Source: Nitrospirota bacterium (GTDB lineage Bacteria > Nitrospirota > UBA9217). Taken from it: a stretch of DNA of 64,000 nt. Of this stretch, positions 49,532-58,954 are shown piece by piece; within the stretch, counting starts at the first letter, position 1; each line of letters opens with the position of its first letter. Both the position numbers and the translations under genes were made by a program. The stretch is from positions 928,001 through 992,000 of the forward strand of contig CAWFSF010000006.1 of NCBI GenBank assembly GCA_963818475.1. Reading direction: 5' to 3'. The notes beneath the pieces are model-generated. The model was not told the DNA's origin, did no database searches, and saw only the letters and a list, made by a program, of their open reading frames with translations.

Positions 49532-50217
49532 GCATAGATACCATAGAGAATTATTTTATTGCCGCGGCGAAGCCATCGGCCGCTGCTCCGGGGGCGGCGC
49601 CCGCCTGCGCCCGAAGAACCATAGGGACGCTGCATTTTGCTGATCAGGCCTGGCGCGTGCCGCTTTGCGGCCTCAATTACCGCCGTTTTTGCAGCATTGA
49701 CCGGGGGCACCGAAGGCGACGCAGCGGCTGCGTTCTGGGCTGCAGAGCCGGCAAGGCGGACAACCCTGCGGGCAACTTCGAATTCTTGATCTTCCTGGCT
49801 CAGTCCCTCGAGTTCGAGGCCGAACATGCTCCCTGCCGACGATGCGAGCTTACTACCGATTGCAGTGCCGATGCCTGGCGCAACCATTGATCCGAGAGCG
49901 CCTCCGGCAATCGGAAGCGCTTTTTTGATAACGCCCTTGAGCATGCCTCCCAGGGGAGAAGCGACTCTTTTTATACCTCTTCCAATTTTCCTGAATACCC
50001 CTCCCAGAAACTGGTCGAGTTCCGCTTCGTCTGAAATTTCAAGAAGCTGAGAGGCCAGCTCCATCTCTTCGCCTTCACTGAATGGACTCTCCTGGTCGCC
50101 GACTTCGCCGGAGTCGAATTCAAAATCTTCGCCTTGCAACCCTTCTTCTGGATCAAACTCACCTTCGAAGCTTTCTTCAGGTTCAAATTCCGCCTGTGTA
50201 CGATCTAAATCGTGCAT
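49528..50217 (-). CDS. 229-aa protein: acidic N-terminus, cationic amphipathic helix, Gly-zipper, basic C-tail
   Basis: MHDLDRTQAEFE..ELDQFLGGVFRKIGRGIKR..GGALGSMVAPGIGTAIG..FGLELEGLSQEDQEFE..SGRWLRRGNKIILYG; RBS AAGGAGGAG. Confidence 0.88.
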   Translation of the reverse strand: MHDLDRTQAEFEPEESFEGEFDPEEGLQGEDFEFDSGEVGDQESPFSEGEEMELASQLLEISDEAELDQFLGGVFRKIGRGIKRVASPLGGMLKGVIKKALPIAGGALGSMVAPGIGTAIGSKLASSAGSMFGLELEGLSQEDQEFEVARRVVRLAGSAAQNAAAASPSVPPVNAAKTAVIEAAKRHAPGLISKMQRPYGSSGAGGRRPRSSGRWLRRGNKIILYGIYA

Positions 50218-50268
50218 GATTTTCTCCTCCTTGTATAAGTATGTGTAGTAGACGCTATGGAGGGAATT

Positions 50269-50285
50269 AGCAAGATACATGCCGG
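50269..50285 (-). promoter_or_regulatory. sigma-54 (-24/-12) promoter
   Basis: Minus strand CCGGCATGTATCTTGCT = GG-N10-GC, close to consensus TGGCAC-N5-TTGC, ~50 nt before ATG 50217. Confidence 0.8.
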
Positions 50286-50316
50286 GGTTAACATATGGAA
50301 ATTGCATATGAGGAGG

Positions 50317-50372
50317 CGAAGTTCGTTTCGGAATTGGCCAGACTTGAGAGGAATGTGGCGAAGCCGTCTTCG
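50317..50372. promoter_or_regulatory. Twin palindromes CGAA-N6-TTCG, candidate enhancer sites
   Basis: GGCGAAGTTCGTTTCGG and GGCGAAGCCGTCTTCGG, 42 bp apart, upstream of the -24 box. Confidence 0.6.
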
Positions 50373-50441
50373 GGATCGAAAGCAAGCGGATGGCATACGG
50401 TAACGTCGGATGCTGCTCTCTCAAGCCGTGCGCGCTTTATT

Positions 50442-50700
50442 CTCTCATAAAAAGTACAATCGATAGAAGCAATAAGGAGGTCCATCATGAAAAAACTCGT
50501 CCTGGTATTGCTCCTGATCCCTGCAGCCGGCTGGCGCGCCGGTCCATCATGGTGGATTCCATAATGAGTTGTCCGGGCTTAAAGCCAAAAAACGACATCA
50601 TCGCCGTCGGAGAACAGGTTCTTTATCTGCACCGATAACCGCGACTGGTCCTGCATCAGGGACGTGTTCGCTCCGGAGGTGCTCTTCGACATGACCTCCC
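50442..50700 (+). pseudogene. Degraded 5' duplicate (repeat B') of the SnoaL/NTF2 gene and its leader at 53252..53529
   Basis: Long shared runs such as CTTTATCTGCACCGATAACCGCGACTGGTCCTGC; several indels; truncated. Confidence 0.88.
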
Positions 50701-50831
50701 CGGCCAATATATATGCACTGTCAACGATTATTGTAGTAGGTAGAAAATTGCGGTTTATTAAGAATCAAAGTAGCCCACGAATAAACAGTAAAGGCCCTAT
50801 CTCAATCGAGGTAAGGCCTGTAAAGGTAGCA

Positions 50832-50876
50832 GCAGGATCTGTCAATCAGCGTATCTTTTTCAGCGTGATATTTCCC
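50832..50876. repeat. Direct repeat A' (degraded copy of prmA promoter region)
   Basis: Matches 37841..37891; -10 element altered to TACAGG. Confidence 0.85.
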
Positions 50877-50898
50877 AAAGACAGGGACTATGAACAGA

Positions 50899-52236
50899 TC
50901 AGCCGTCGGGCGGTTCGCAATAGCATGTTTTGTTTCTGCCGCCGTTCTTTGCCGTATACAACCCCTTGTCAGCCTTGTCGAGCAGCTCGTTCACGCTCTG
51001 AGCGTCCCGGGGATAGGTGCAGATGCCCCCGCTGATCGTGATCCTGAGAGGGGTGTCTGCGATACCCGTGAATTCCGTGCTCTCGATCTTTTTCCGGATG
51101 CGCTCAGCCACCTCCCGCTCCGCACCGTTGCTGTCCGGCATGAGCATGGCGAACTCCTCGCCGCCGTAACGCGCCACGGTGTCCATCTGCCGTGCATTCG
51201 CCTTCAGGATGTCGGACACCGCCCTGAGCAGGGTGTTGCCTTTCTCATGGCCGTAGGTATCGTTCACCTTCTTGAACTGATCGAGATCGAAGAGGATGAC
51301 GCCGAAGTTCGAATTGCTCCGCCTGGCCCGGGACTCCTCCTTTTTCAGCTCGTCCATGAAGTGCGCGTAATTGTTCAGACCGGTGAGGCGGTCCGTGATG
51401 GAACCCTCGTGAAGTTTCCGGTTGGCCTCGTGAAGCTGTTCGGTCGACCGCTTCATGTCCGCGACCATCTGGTTGAACGATGCTGCCAGTTCTCCTATCT
51501 CGTCCCGGGTATCGATCTCCACGCGGCTATCAAGGTCGCCTTGCGCGACGCGGTCTGCTGCGTGCTTCAGCAGTATGAGAGGACGGGAGATGGTGCCGGA
51601 GAAGAGAAAACTCAACAGGGCCGCTATCACCAGCGCTGCCGCGATGCCGATCAGGCTGATCCTCAGGAGGACCGTCCGGAATGCCATCCACCCTGAATCG
51701 AGTTGGGAGTGGAGTTTTTCAATCGAGGCTATCAGAGGTTCGTTCGAATAGACGATCTGGCCGTATCCGGCGACGTGTTTCTCTGATCTGATCGTAAAAG
51801 AAATGCGCTCCCCCTGCTCGGTTTTTTCCGCAATGATAGGTTGTTTCTTCAGCCGCGCAAGGCTCACATCGAGCTTTGTTCCAAAAGCTTTATTCTGCCG
51901 GGTCCCATCGGTCAGGATCATGCCCTTCGAGTCGGCCACGATAAACGAAATGAACGGCAATCCGATCTTCATATCGTTGATGATGCGGTTGACCCTGCTT
52001 ATATCGGTTTGATAAACCGGAATAAAGAGATGCCGACTCAGATACTGGGCGGTATTGAACAGCGTTTTCCCATGGTTCTCCCGGAAAAAGACCGCGCTCG
52101 TGTCTTTGACGTTCTTTTTGAGCTCCGCACCTTTTTTAACACTAATGAAGGCGAAGGATGCGACCAGGATCAGCATGATCGCGACGCTGCTGATGCCGAA
52201 GAAGAGGGCGTATTTTTTGTTGATGTTGAACTTCAT
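50899..52236 (-). CDS. Membrane HAMP-GGDEF diguanylate cyclase
   Basis: Two TM helices, HAMP, TDRLTGL, DLDQFKKVNDTYGH, ARYGGEEF. Confidence 0.93.
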   Translation of the reverse strand: MKFNINKKYALFFGISSVAIMLILVASFAFISVKKGAELKKNVKDTSAVFFRENHGKTLFNTAQYLSRHLFIPVYQTDISRVNRIINDMKIGLPFISFIVADSKGMILTDGTRQNKAFGTKLDVSLARLKKQPIIAEKTEQGERISFTIRSEKHVAGYGQIVYSNEPLIASIEKLHSQLDSGWMAFRTVLLRISLIGIAAALVIAALLSFLFSGTISRPLILLKHAADRVAQGDLDSRVEIDTRDEIGELAASFNQMVADMKRSTEQLHEANRKLHEGSITDRLTGLNNYAHFMDELKKEESRARRSNSNFGVILFDLDQFKKVNDTYGHEKGNTLLRAVSDILKANARQMDTVARYGGEEFAMLMPDSNGAEREVAERIRKKIESTEFTGIADTPLRITISGGICTYPRDAQSVNELLDKADKGLYTAKNGGRNKTCYCEPPDG

Positions 52237-52239
52237 GAT

Positions 52240-53169
52240 TTAGTCCTCGTCTGAAAGCAGCTGTTTAAGATCTGCGAGAGAGTTCCGGTCTTCCTGCGTC
52301 AGTCGTTCAAATTTTGTCATCTTCAGCGCCGTGGCCAACGCAGTCCGTCCCTGACCGTTCCCGGACATATCGACCAGCGTTATCTCAACGGCTTCCCTGA
52401 GCACGCGCGGAAAAGAGGGGTGAAACGAGCCGAGCAGGCGAATGACCGGCGCGGTACGGTGAATGACCCGCAACTGTGACCGTTCCTTCGGGCGAAGCTC
52501 GTCCCAGTCGCTGCTGCTGAAAACGCCGGCGTCCGCCTGGTTCCTGATGACCCGGAATGCCTGGTTGATCGCCTCGCCTGCAAACGCATACCGGACCGCA
52601 TCTTTGGGCGCATCTTCGTCCGTTGATCCACGCAAGGATAATTTGTTCTTTTTCAGTTCGGCTTTTGCCATGGCGTATCCCGCTGTGGACGAAGGCGTCC
52701 CGAAAACAACGGTCTTTCCCCGCAGATCGCTCAGCTCTTGCAGGGAGCTTTGTTTCCGTACGAAAAATACCGCTGAGTGTTCACGGGCCGCTCCCTGTAA
52801 AGCGACGACCGCGGGCACGAGTTCATGAGGTTCCATTTCCACGATCGGGAAAGCGGAGGTGATGATGAAATCCAGCGTTCCTTCTTTGATACGGGCGCGC
52901 AACTGGTCCAGGTCCTTTGCGACGAAGACGGTCACGTCCTTTATCCCGGACCGCCTGAGACGACGTTCCAAATATTCCACGAAAGGATCGAAATCCTGCA
53001 GGAGCTGTCCCGGATTCGCGCCGATAAGCCCGATCCTGAATTGCGTTACCGTATCTTCTGCTGAAGCCGCAGGACCGTAGAAGCAGGCGACTAATGCGAT
53101 AAGAAAAGCAAGGATTGTTCTTTTAAGAGTTGCCAGGTTGCGAGGTGCAATTCCCTTTGTGCCCTTCAT
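52240..53169 (-). CDS. PhnD-like periplasmic substrate-binding protein
   Basis: Signal peptide, LSDLRGKTVVFGTPSSTAGY, ADAG; 3 bp from the cyclase start. Confidence 0.82.
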   Translation of the reverse strand: MKGTKGIAPRNLATLKRTILAFLIALVACFYGPAASAEDTVTQFRIGLIGANPGQLLQDFDPFVEYLERRLRRSGIKDVTVFVAKDLDQLRARIKEGTLDFIITSAFPIVEMEPHELVPAVVALQGAAREHSAVFFVRKQSSLQELSDLRGKTVVFGTPSSTAGYAMAKAELKKNKLSLRGSTDEDAPKDAVRYAFAGEAINQAFRVIRNQADAGVFSSSDWDELRPKERSQLRVIHRTAPVIRLLGSFHPSFPRVLREAVEITLVDMSGNGQGRTALATALKMTKFERLTQEDRNSLADLKQLLSDED

Positions 53170-53312
53170 GCGGAATACTATACCATTAAATATAAGTTGC
53201 GACAATAAGGATATGGGATCCAGCATGATTCTCTGGACACGGAACCCTTCACTCTCACAAAAAGTAACAATCGATAGAGCTATGATAGAAACAATAAGGA
53301 GGTCTGTCTGTC

Positions 53313-53858
53313 ATGCAAAGACCCGTCCTGGTATTGCTCCTGATCCTTGCAGCCGGCTGCGCACCGGTCCATCACGGTCACAGTGGATTTCAAAATGAAT
53401 TGTCAAGGCTGAAAACCCAGAACGACATCATCGCCATTGGGAACAGGCTCTTTATCTGCACCGATAACCGCGACTGGTCCTGCGTCAGGGACGTGTTCGC
53501 TCCCGAGGTGCTCTTCGACATGACCTCCCTGGCAGGGGGCAAGCCCGAAACGAAAACGCCTCAGCAGATCGCTGACATGTGGGACGAGGGGTTGAAGGCC
53601 CTCAAGGCCATCCATCACCAGACAGGGAACTATCAGGTCACGATGGCCAACGGGAATGGGGCTAACCTGTTCTGCTACGGCATTGCCTATCATTACCTCC
53701 CGAATCCCACGAACCAGAATACCCGGGTCTTCGTCGGCAGTTACGATCTCCATCTCGTCAAATGGGACTGCGGCTGGAAGATCGACAGGTTCAAGTTCAA
53801 TTTGAAGTTCATTGACGGCAATAAGGACCTCGAAGGTTCGGCGAAAAAGGATTTGTAA
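53313..53858 (+). CDS. SnoaL/NTF2-like lipoprotein
   Basis: Lipobox LAAGC; TDNRDW..FAPEV.FD, IHHQTGN, GSYDLHLVK..GWKI. Confidence 0.85.
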   Translation: MQRPVLVLLLILAAGCAPVHHGHSGFQNELSRLKTQNDIIAIGNRLFICTDNRDWSCVRDVFAPEVLFDMTSLAGGKPETKTPQQIADMWDEGLKALKAIHHQTGNYQVTMANGNGANLFCYGIAYHYLPNPTNQNTRVFVGSYDLHLVKWDCGWKIDRFKFNLKFIDGNKDLEGSAKKDL

Positions 53859-53876
53859 TATGTCCCTATGATGTGC

Positions 53877-53911
53877 AAAAAAAAGGGAAAGCCGATTCGG
53901 CTTTCCCTTTT
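53877..53911. terminator. Bidirectional terminator
   Basis: A8-GGGAAAGCCG-ATT-CGGCTTTCCC-T4 between convergent genes. Confidence 0.8.
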
Positions 53912-53995
53912 AATCCTGACGCGCAGCGCAACGGCCGGTTTCCCGTCGTCCACTAAAGCGCCTTGTTTGTCCTCAATGACCCTGCCTTTTTTAAA

Positions 53996-54499
53996 TTAGT
54001 CCTGATAGTAATCGTCAGCGCCTACCTTGCTTGTGTGGCCCGGCAGCCCGGAATTTTTCCAGCCATTCAAGGTGCGATAACCCAGACCCTGGGTTTTATT
54101 AACATCGCCTTCAAAACCTTTGAGCATGTTCGAAACATTCGTATAGCCGGCGGCCTCAAGTGCCAGGGCGGCAGCAACACTTCTTGCACCGGAGCGGCAC
54201 ATGGTGATGATATGGGTAGCTTTGGCAGTCCCAAAGAGTTCGTTGACGTCGGAAATGAACGACGGGTTGAGAATGAACTGACCATGGTTCTCAATCTCCC
54301 AGGAGAGATTTACCACATTGGGTACGTTGGGATGACCGACCCAGATAAATTCTGCCTCAGTGCGGACATCGAGAATGTAGGCTCCGCCATTCATTACTGC
54401 ATCATACGCCTGGACCGGTGTCACATCGTCGTATGCTGAAGCGGCAGTAGCAGCGAGAATCATTGCGATTCCGATTACCAGTGAGTATAATTTTTTCAT
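53996..54499 (-). CDS. Exported rhodanese-like protein
   Basis: ILDVRTEAEF.WVGHP, MCRSGARS, GFEGD, NGWKNSGLP. Confidence 0.9.
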   Translation of the reverse strand: MKKLYSLVIGIAMILAATAASAYDDVTPVQAYDAVMNGGAYILDVRTEAEFIWVGHPNVPNVVNLSWEIENHGQFILNPSFISDVNELFGTAKATHIITMCRSGARSVAAALALEAAGYTNVSNMLKGFEGDVNKTQGLGYRTLNGWKNSGLPGHTSKVGADDYYQD

Positions 54500-54805
54500 G
54501 GTTTTCTCCTTTAGTTAATGGTTTTACCTCTGTCGTTATAACCTGCCAATATTCCATTTTTAAATCAAGACTTGCGTATCCTGCCTTCGCCGTTGAATCG
54601 ATGAATCACGGCGAAATAAATAAATTCGTCTCTGTTGAAATCCTCCCTCCTCTCCGACAAATGTAGACAGAGTGTAGTATAACTATAGGTATATGTAAAT
54701 ACCCCGGTATGGTTATTTTTAGGGTATTCTTAAAAGCTCAATTTGAGAACAAAGTGTTTTCGAGATACCGTATAGATCAATTGGGGTCAGATCGGACATC
54801 CCATC

Positions 54806-54874
54806 GCACCTGTCACTTCTGGCAGGTGACAGTAAACGGAAAATCAATTACAATACTGCAATAAATTGTAGAGG
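54806..54874. repeat. ~70-bp element with palindrome CACCTGTCA-N4-TG(G/A)CAGGTG, copy 1
   Basis: Homologous to 58173..58238. Confidence 0.65.
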
Positions 54875-54994
54875 TTTCTTTCGCATCCCCATCTATACCT
54901 TGCCTTTTGACGCAATTTCCTGTAATTTCGTGTTTGTATACTGTTTTTGAGCACATTGTTTTAAAGCGCGGCAGTCACGCCAACGGAGGGTGGA

Positions 54995-55967
54995 ATGAAA
55001 ACGATGATGGTTTGGATGGCTGCATTGTTATTGGCGGCTCAACTGGGAGGAGCGGGCGAGTCCATTGCTCAAGATGCTATTCCTTCCGTTGAACCAAGTA
55101 GTATCGAGGATCATAGCGGCAATGATCCAGCCAAGCCGACGGTGCAAACGGGAGATGCGGACGCCAACTCATCCGACGAATGCACTGAAAGTCCATTCGG
55201 CTCGTATAAAGTAAACTATTTCAGCCTCAGCGACTGGCCTGCCAGTGATAAAGCCGTAATAAAATTTCAATTGAGTATTAAATACCAGGTCCTCGACCGC
55301 GATGTCCATATCCCGTTTACAGAAAAGAAAATGGGCCTGTACTTCGCCTATACGCAGAAATCATTCTGGGATATCGGGAAGGATTCAGGTCCCTTCGAAG
55401 AAAGTAATTACAATCCGGAATTTTTCATTTCCTTCAAACCGAAAACCATGGAAATCGGCAGGCTAAAAATTCATGAAATTCTGCTCAGCCCGTACGAGCA
55501 TGAGTCTAATGGCGTTGACGGTGGCACTTCGCGAAGTTGGAACAGGAATTACGCCGCAGTTCGTCTCGGATACGCTCCAGGGACCAAATATGATAAGGCT
55601 GATGCCTTTACAGACGATATTGTAGAATTGAATTTCAAAGTATGGCATGCCTGGGGTTATTCCGACAACGATGCCTATCTCCAGTCAACAGGCAGCACGA
55701 AAAGTTTTCTTGATTACGCGGGTCATGGTGAAATACGGCTGAAAATAAGAAATATAGCGCCATGGCCCGGGGACAACCAGCTGCGATCTGTACACGAGGG
55801 TGTTTCACGACAGTAACAAGAATGGCTATTCAGCGGAATTTCAACAAAAAATCTCAGGAACAAATTTTTCCGCTTATATCCAGTATTGGCGCGGCTATGG
55901 TGAGAGTCTCCTGAGATTTGATCGCTTTGAAAGAAGTTTATATGTCGGGCTTTCATTCTGTCTTTAA
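54995..55967 (+). CDS. pldA: Outer membrane phospholipase A (OMPLA), frameshifted near 3' end
   Basis: KFQLSIK, YFAYTQKSFW, SGPFEESNYNPEFF, HESNG, SRSWNR; downstream frame QYWRGYGESLL. Confidence 0.85.
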
Positions 55968-56195
55968 CAGTTATATTAGAGGGCCTTTATTTGTCACCAT
56001 ATCAAAGGGGCTGATTCAGCTCGTTGCTGCATTTTTCAAAAGACTTTTTCAACGTTGCATTACTCTCGCTCTGCCCCATCACTCTCTCAATAAATGGGTG
56101 ACCCCGAGGCCTCTGAATAACTAATGTTTTTAAGTCTGACCAGCATCGGCCCTGATGCTGGCCATGGCGCATATGCTGTGGAAAGACCGCAAGAA

Positions 56196-57032
56196 ATGAA
56201 ATACAATGCTTCTCGAAAAACTAAAGTGCTGCGCACGCGGGTCCTGATCCAGAGCGTTCTGCTCATTATCGTCCTGGGCCTGCTGTGGTTCCTCTCGCAG
56301 GACCGCTTTCGGGGAGCAGGTCGGACGGAAACCGCCGGGACAAGGGAGCCCGCGCCCCTGGTGACAGCGCCGGCCAAGCCCCGTGGTCCCATCTTCTTTG
56401 TAGCATTACAAGGCGAAGGAACAGCGAGCCAAAGGAATGAGGTCATTGTCCTGCTCAAAAAGATAAACCTCCCCGAAGGTTATGACCGGGCCCCAGTGAT
56501 CAAGGCCAACGGATCGTACTGGCTGGCCTCCCCTCTGGGGATATGGCTGGTGACGTGCAAGAGCGTTCAGGCAGCCGCCGGGAGGGAGCAGGGACCTGGG
56601 GGCGGACAGCTCGAGATCATGCTGCAGTCCCGTAGCCCCCTGCAGGGGAACAGCTGGCTCCTTGCGGAAGATCCCTTTCCTCCGCAGATGTGGCAGCAGA
56701 AGGAGGTTACGGCAAAGGGCGTCGATCTCCGGGTGATCATCACCACGCACAGCGACGAGTTCATGCTGGATTCCATCTATCTTCCCGACAAACAGGACGA
56801 GGATGCCGACGGCCCGGCACAGGTGCGGATCGATATCCATCGGAAGCAGAAGAACGAAACAGGATGGACGAAGATCAACAGCTTCATCACGAACAGCGAG
56901 GTCCGGTCGTATATCGATGTAGATGGCGACGGGGTGCCCGAGATCATCAACGTGGAGTGGTACGATGAAGGTGTCCTGCGCTCGTTCTATCCCGAGATCA
57001 AGGTCATAGCGATCGATCACTCTGGCGTGTAA
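56196..57032 (+). CDS. Membrane-anchored hypothetical protein
   Basis: N-terminal TM; DVDGDGVPEI calcium-loop-like motif. Confidence 0.6.
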   Translation: MKYNASRKTKVLRTRVLIQSVLLIIVLGLLWFLSQDRFRGAGRTETAGTREPAPLVTAPAKPRGPIFFVALQGEGTASQRNEVIVLLKKINLPEGYDRAPVIKANGSYWLASPLGIWLVTCKSVQAAAGREQGPGGGQLEIMLQSRSPLQGNSWLLAEDPFPPQMWQQKEVTAKGVDLRVIITTHSDEFMLDSIYLPDKQDEDADGPAQVRIDIHRKQKNETGWTKINSFITNSEVRSYIDVDGDGVPEIINVEWYDEGVLRSFYPEIKVIAIDHSGV

Positions 57033-57334
57033 TCGTGTCATCACTCAGTATCGACACTCGTCGAGCTTGATTGGCTTCCTCGCTTGCAGTGTTCGTCGTC
57101 GTTTAACTATCGGTTCTCATCGATGTAAGTCGACCCTCGTCGTTCCTTGTCGGCACTTAAAGTCGTCTCTCGTCGGGAGTTTTATTCGGCGCTACCCAAA
57201 CAAGGTGCAGCCAGGGGGACGTTGTTGTTGAAATTGCGTGGGGAGATTCTTAGGTCTTGCGGCTTGACAATTGCACCCGCTCGGTCTTGCGTTTTGACCG
57301 TTCTCAGCATCTCGAAGACGTTGATTGGGGGCCT

Positions 57335-58075
57335 ATGATTGACGGACAGCATCAGAAGCCATTGTACGCGACGCTGGCGCTGCGAATTAAAGCCAGTGTC
57401 ATTGACTCGACAATTCTTCTCGCCTTGATCATTCTGATCCCCCTCACGATAGGCCAATTCCCCGATCATCCCGGCCTTCGGGCCTTCCTTATGTACAGCC
57501 CCTTGCTGTTCCTTGAGCCCTTGCTGGTCACGTTCACCGGCAGCACCATCGGCCAGCGAGTGATGGGCATTGCGATTGTCGATCACGAGCGCGGATCACG
57601 ATTGGCGCTTCCCTTGTCCTTTGTCCGCTACTTTATCAAGGTCCTCCTGGGCGGGCTTTCACTGGTATGGATGTTTTTCACCAGCAAGAGACAGGCGATC
57701 CACGACCGCCTGGTTGGGACCGTCGTGATCTTGTCGTCGCAGAGGATCGCGAAAAAACCGTCCTTCGCTGCTGAAGGCGAGGGTGCGCTGGAGCCGGAGC
57801 CTGAGAATACCTATCCGTCCATCCTGCGCAGGTTTGTTTTCTTCCTGCTCTGGTATTGTGCCGCGACCCTGCTGCTGTCGTCGCTCTTTTTGGGCGTGAC
57901 TTATCTGCTCTCACCCGGCAGTATCAGTGACGACCTTGATCTGCCGAAATCCGTGGAACGAGTGGAGCATTATCTCGACAGCATCCTGTTCCTGTTCATG
58001 GGAGCGTTAGCCGCGAAAGGAAGGTTGCCGGGCGCGCGAAAAATTGCCACGCTCCCCGACCCGCCGCTTCAGTAA
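57335..58075 (+). CDS. RDD family membrane protein
   Basis: LRIKASVID, GSTIGQRVMGI, KRQAIHDRLVGTVV. Confidence 0.88.
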   Translation: MIDGQHQKPLYATLALRIKASVIDSTILLALIILIPLTIGQFPDHPGLRAFLMYSPLLFLEPLLVTFTGSTIGQRVMGIAIVDHERGSRLALPLSFVRYFIKVLLGGLSLVWMFFTSKRQAIHDRLVGTVVILSSQRIAKKPSFAAEGEGALEPEPENTYPSILRRFVFFLLWYCAATLLLSSLFLGVTYLLSPGSISDDLDLPKSVERVEHYLDSILFLFMGALAAKGRLPGARKIATLPDPPLQ

Positions 58076-58172
58076 AACAACGCCATAGACCTCCCCCCTC
58101 ATTCATTGCTTTAATACCTCTTCCTGAGAAGCATCCATAAACAGCTCTTAATCGAAAAAAGACTTTTTGAAA

Positions 58173-58238
58173 GCACCTGTCAGTTCTGACAGGTGACAGC
58201 GAACGAAAAAACCTTTACACTATCGCAAATTGTCGAGG
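58173..58238. repeat. ~70-bp palindromic element, copy 2
   Basis: CACCTGTCA-GTTC-TGACAGGTG perfect palindrome; homologous to 54806..54874. Confidence 0.65.
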
Positions 58239-58450
58239 CCACTTTAGACCTGCGCCGACACGCCAGGATATGGGATATGAAGAGCCGGCCTATGTCGATC
58301 TCGGGACCTGGCGGGTAATCCAGGGCATGGCGAGAAAGTAGATTAAGCCAATAGAGTGACCGGATTAGATAAATAAGTCTTGTTTTGAATCTTTATTTTC
58401 AGCAACGATTAACAGCATGTTCATTCTAAAATCGAAAGGAGAAGAGAACA

Positions 58451-58954
58451 ATGAAACAAAGATTGATGATCTGTATTTTTGTAATGCTGCTTGCGCTTGC
58501 CGCTGCCGGTTCTGTTGTGGCCGCGGAACCGAATGATCAGGATGCGCTGGCGGGGCTAACGGTGGGGAAGACGCTGTTCGACATTGACGTCAGCGACCAA
58601 GAGGCGTCCAAACTGGTGCTCTATCTGAGCGTTATCAGCGAGACCCATCAGGGACTACTCAACCAGAACGTTGAACCGGACTTCATCATCGCGTTTCGGG
58701 GAACTGCAGTAAGACTGATTACGCGCGACTACGGTACGGTCGGTGCGAAAGAGCGTGAGGCGAGAGAGACGATTGCCTACCTGATCAGCGATTTGCAGCA
58801 AAAGGGAGTGAAAGTCGAAGCCTGTGCCGTGGCAACACGCATCTTCCAGGTCGACAACGGCAACCTTCTGCCCGGCATCAAGGTTGTCGGCAATACCTTT
58901 ATTTCGCTGACGGGGTACCAAACCAAGGGTTATGCTTTGATTCCGATCATATGA
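58451..58954 (+). CDS. Exported DsrE/DsrF-like protein
   Basis: Signal peptide; FRGTAV, GVKVEACAVA, VVGNTFISL..YQ.KGYALI. Confidence 0.82.
   Translation: MKQRLMICIFVMLLALAAAGSVVAAEPNDQDALAGLTVGKTLFDIDVSDQEASKLVLYLSVISETHQGLLNQNVEPDFIIAFRGTAVRLITRDYGTVGAKEREARETIAYLISDLQQKGVKVEACAVATRIFQVDNGNLLPGIKVVGNTFISLTGYQTKGYALIPII

Noticed and set aside
38250-50217. Prophage, T6SS or eCIS interpretation of the island
   Set aside because: No recognisable capsid, terminase, sheath, tube, VgrG/PAAR, holin or integrase motifs
50218-50424. Extended N-terminus of the 298-aa ORF
   Set aside because: Region holds the RBS, sigma-54 promoter and palindromes; true start is 50217
57033-57270. TCGTCG-rich intergenic stretch and GTCTTGCGGCTTGACAA (also at ~59363) as attC or IS ends
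   Set aside because: No complete attC structure, integrase or transposase; only a short shared 17-mer
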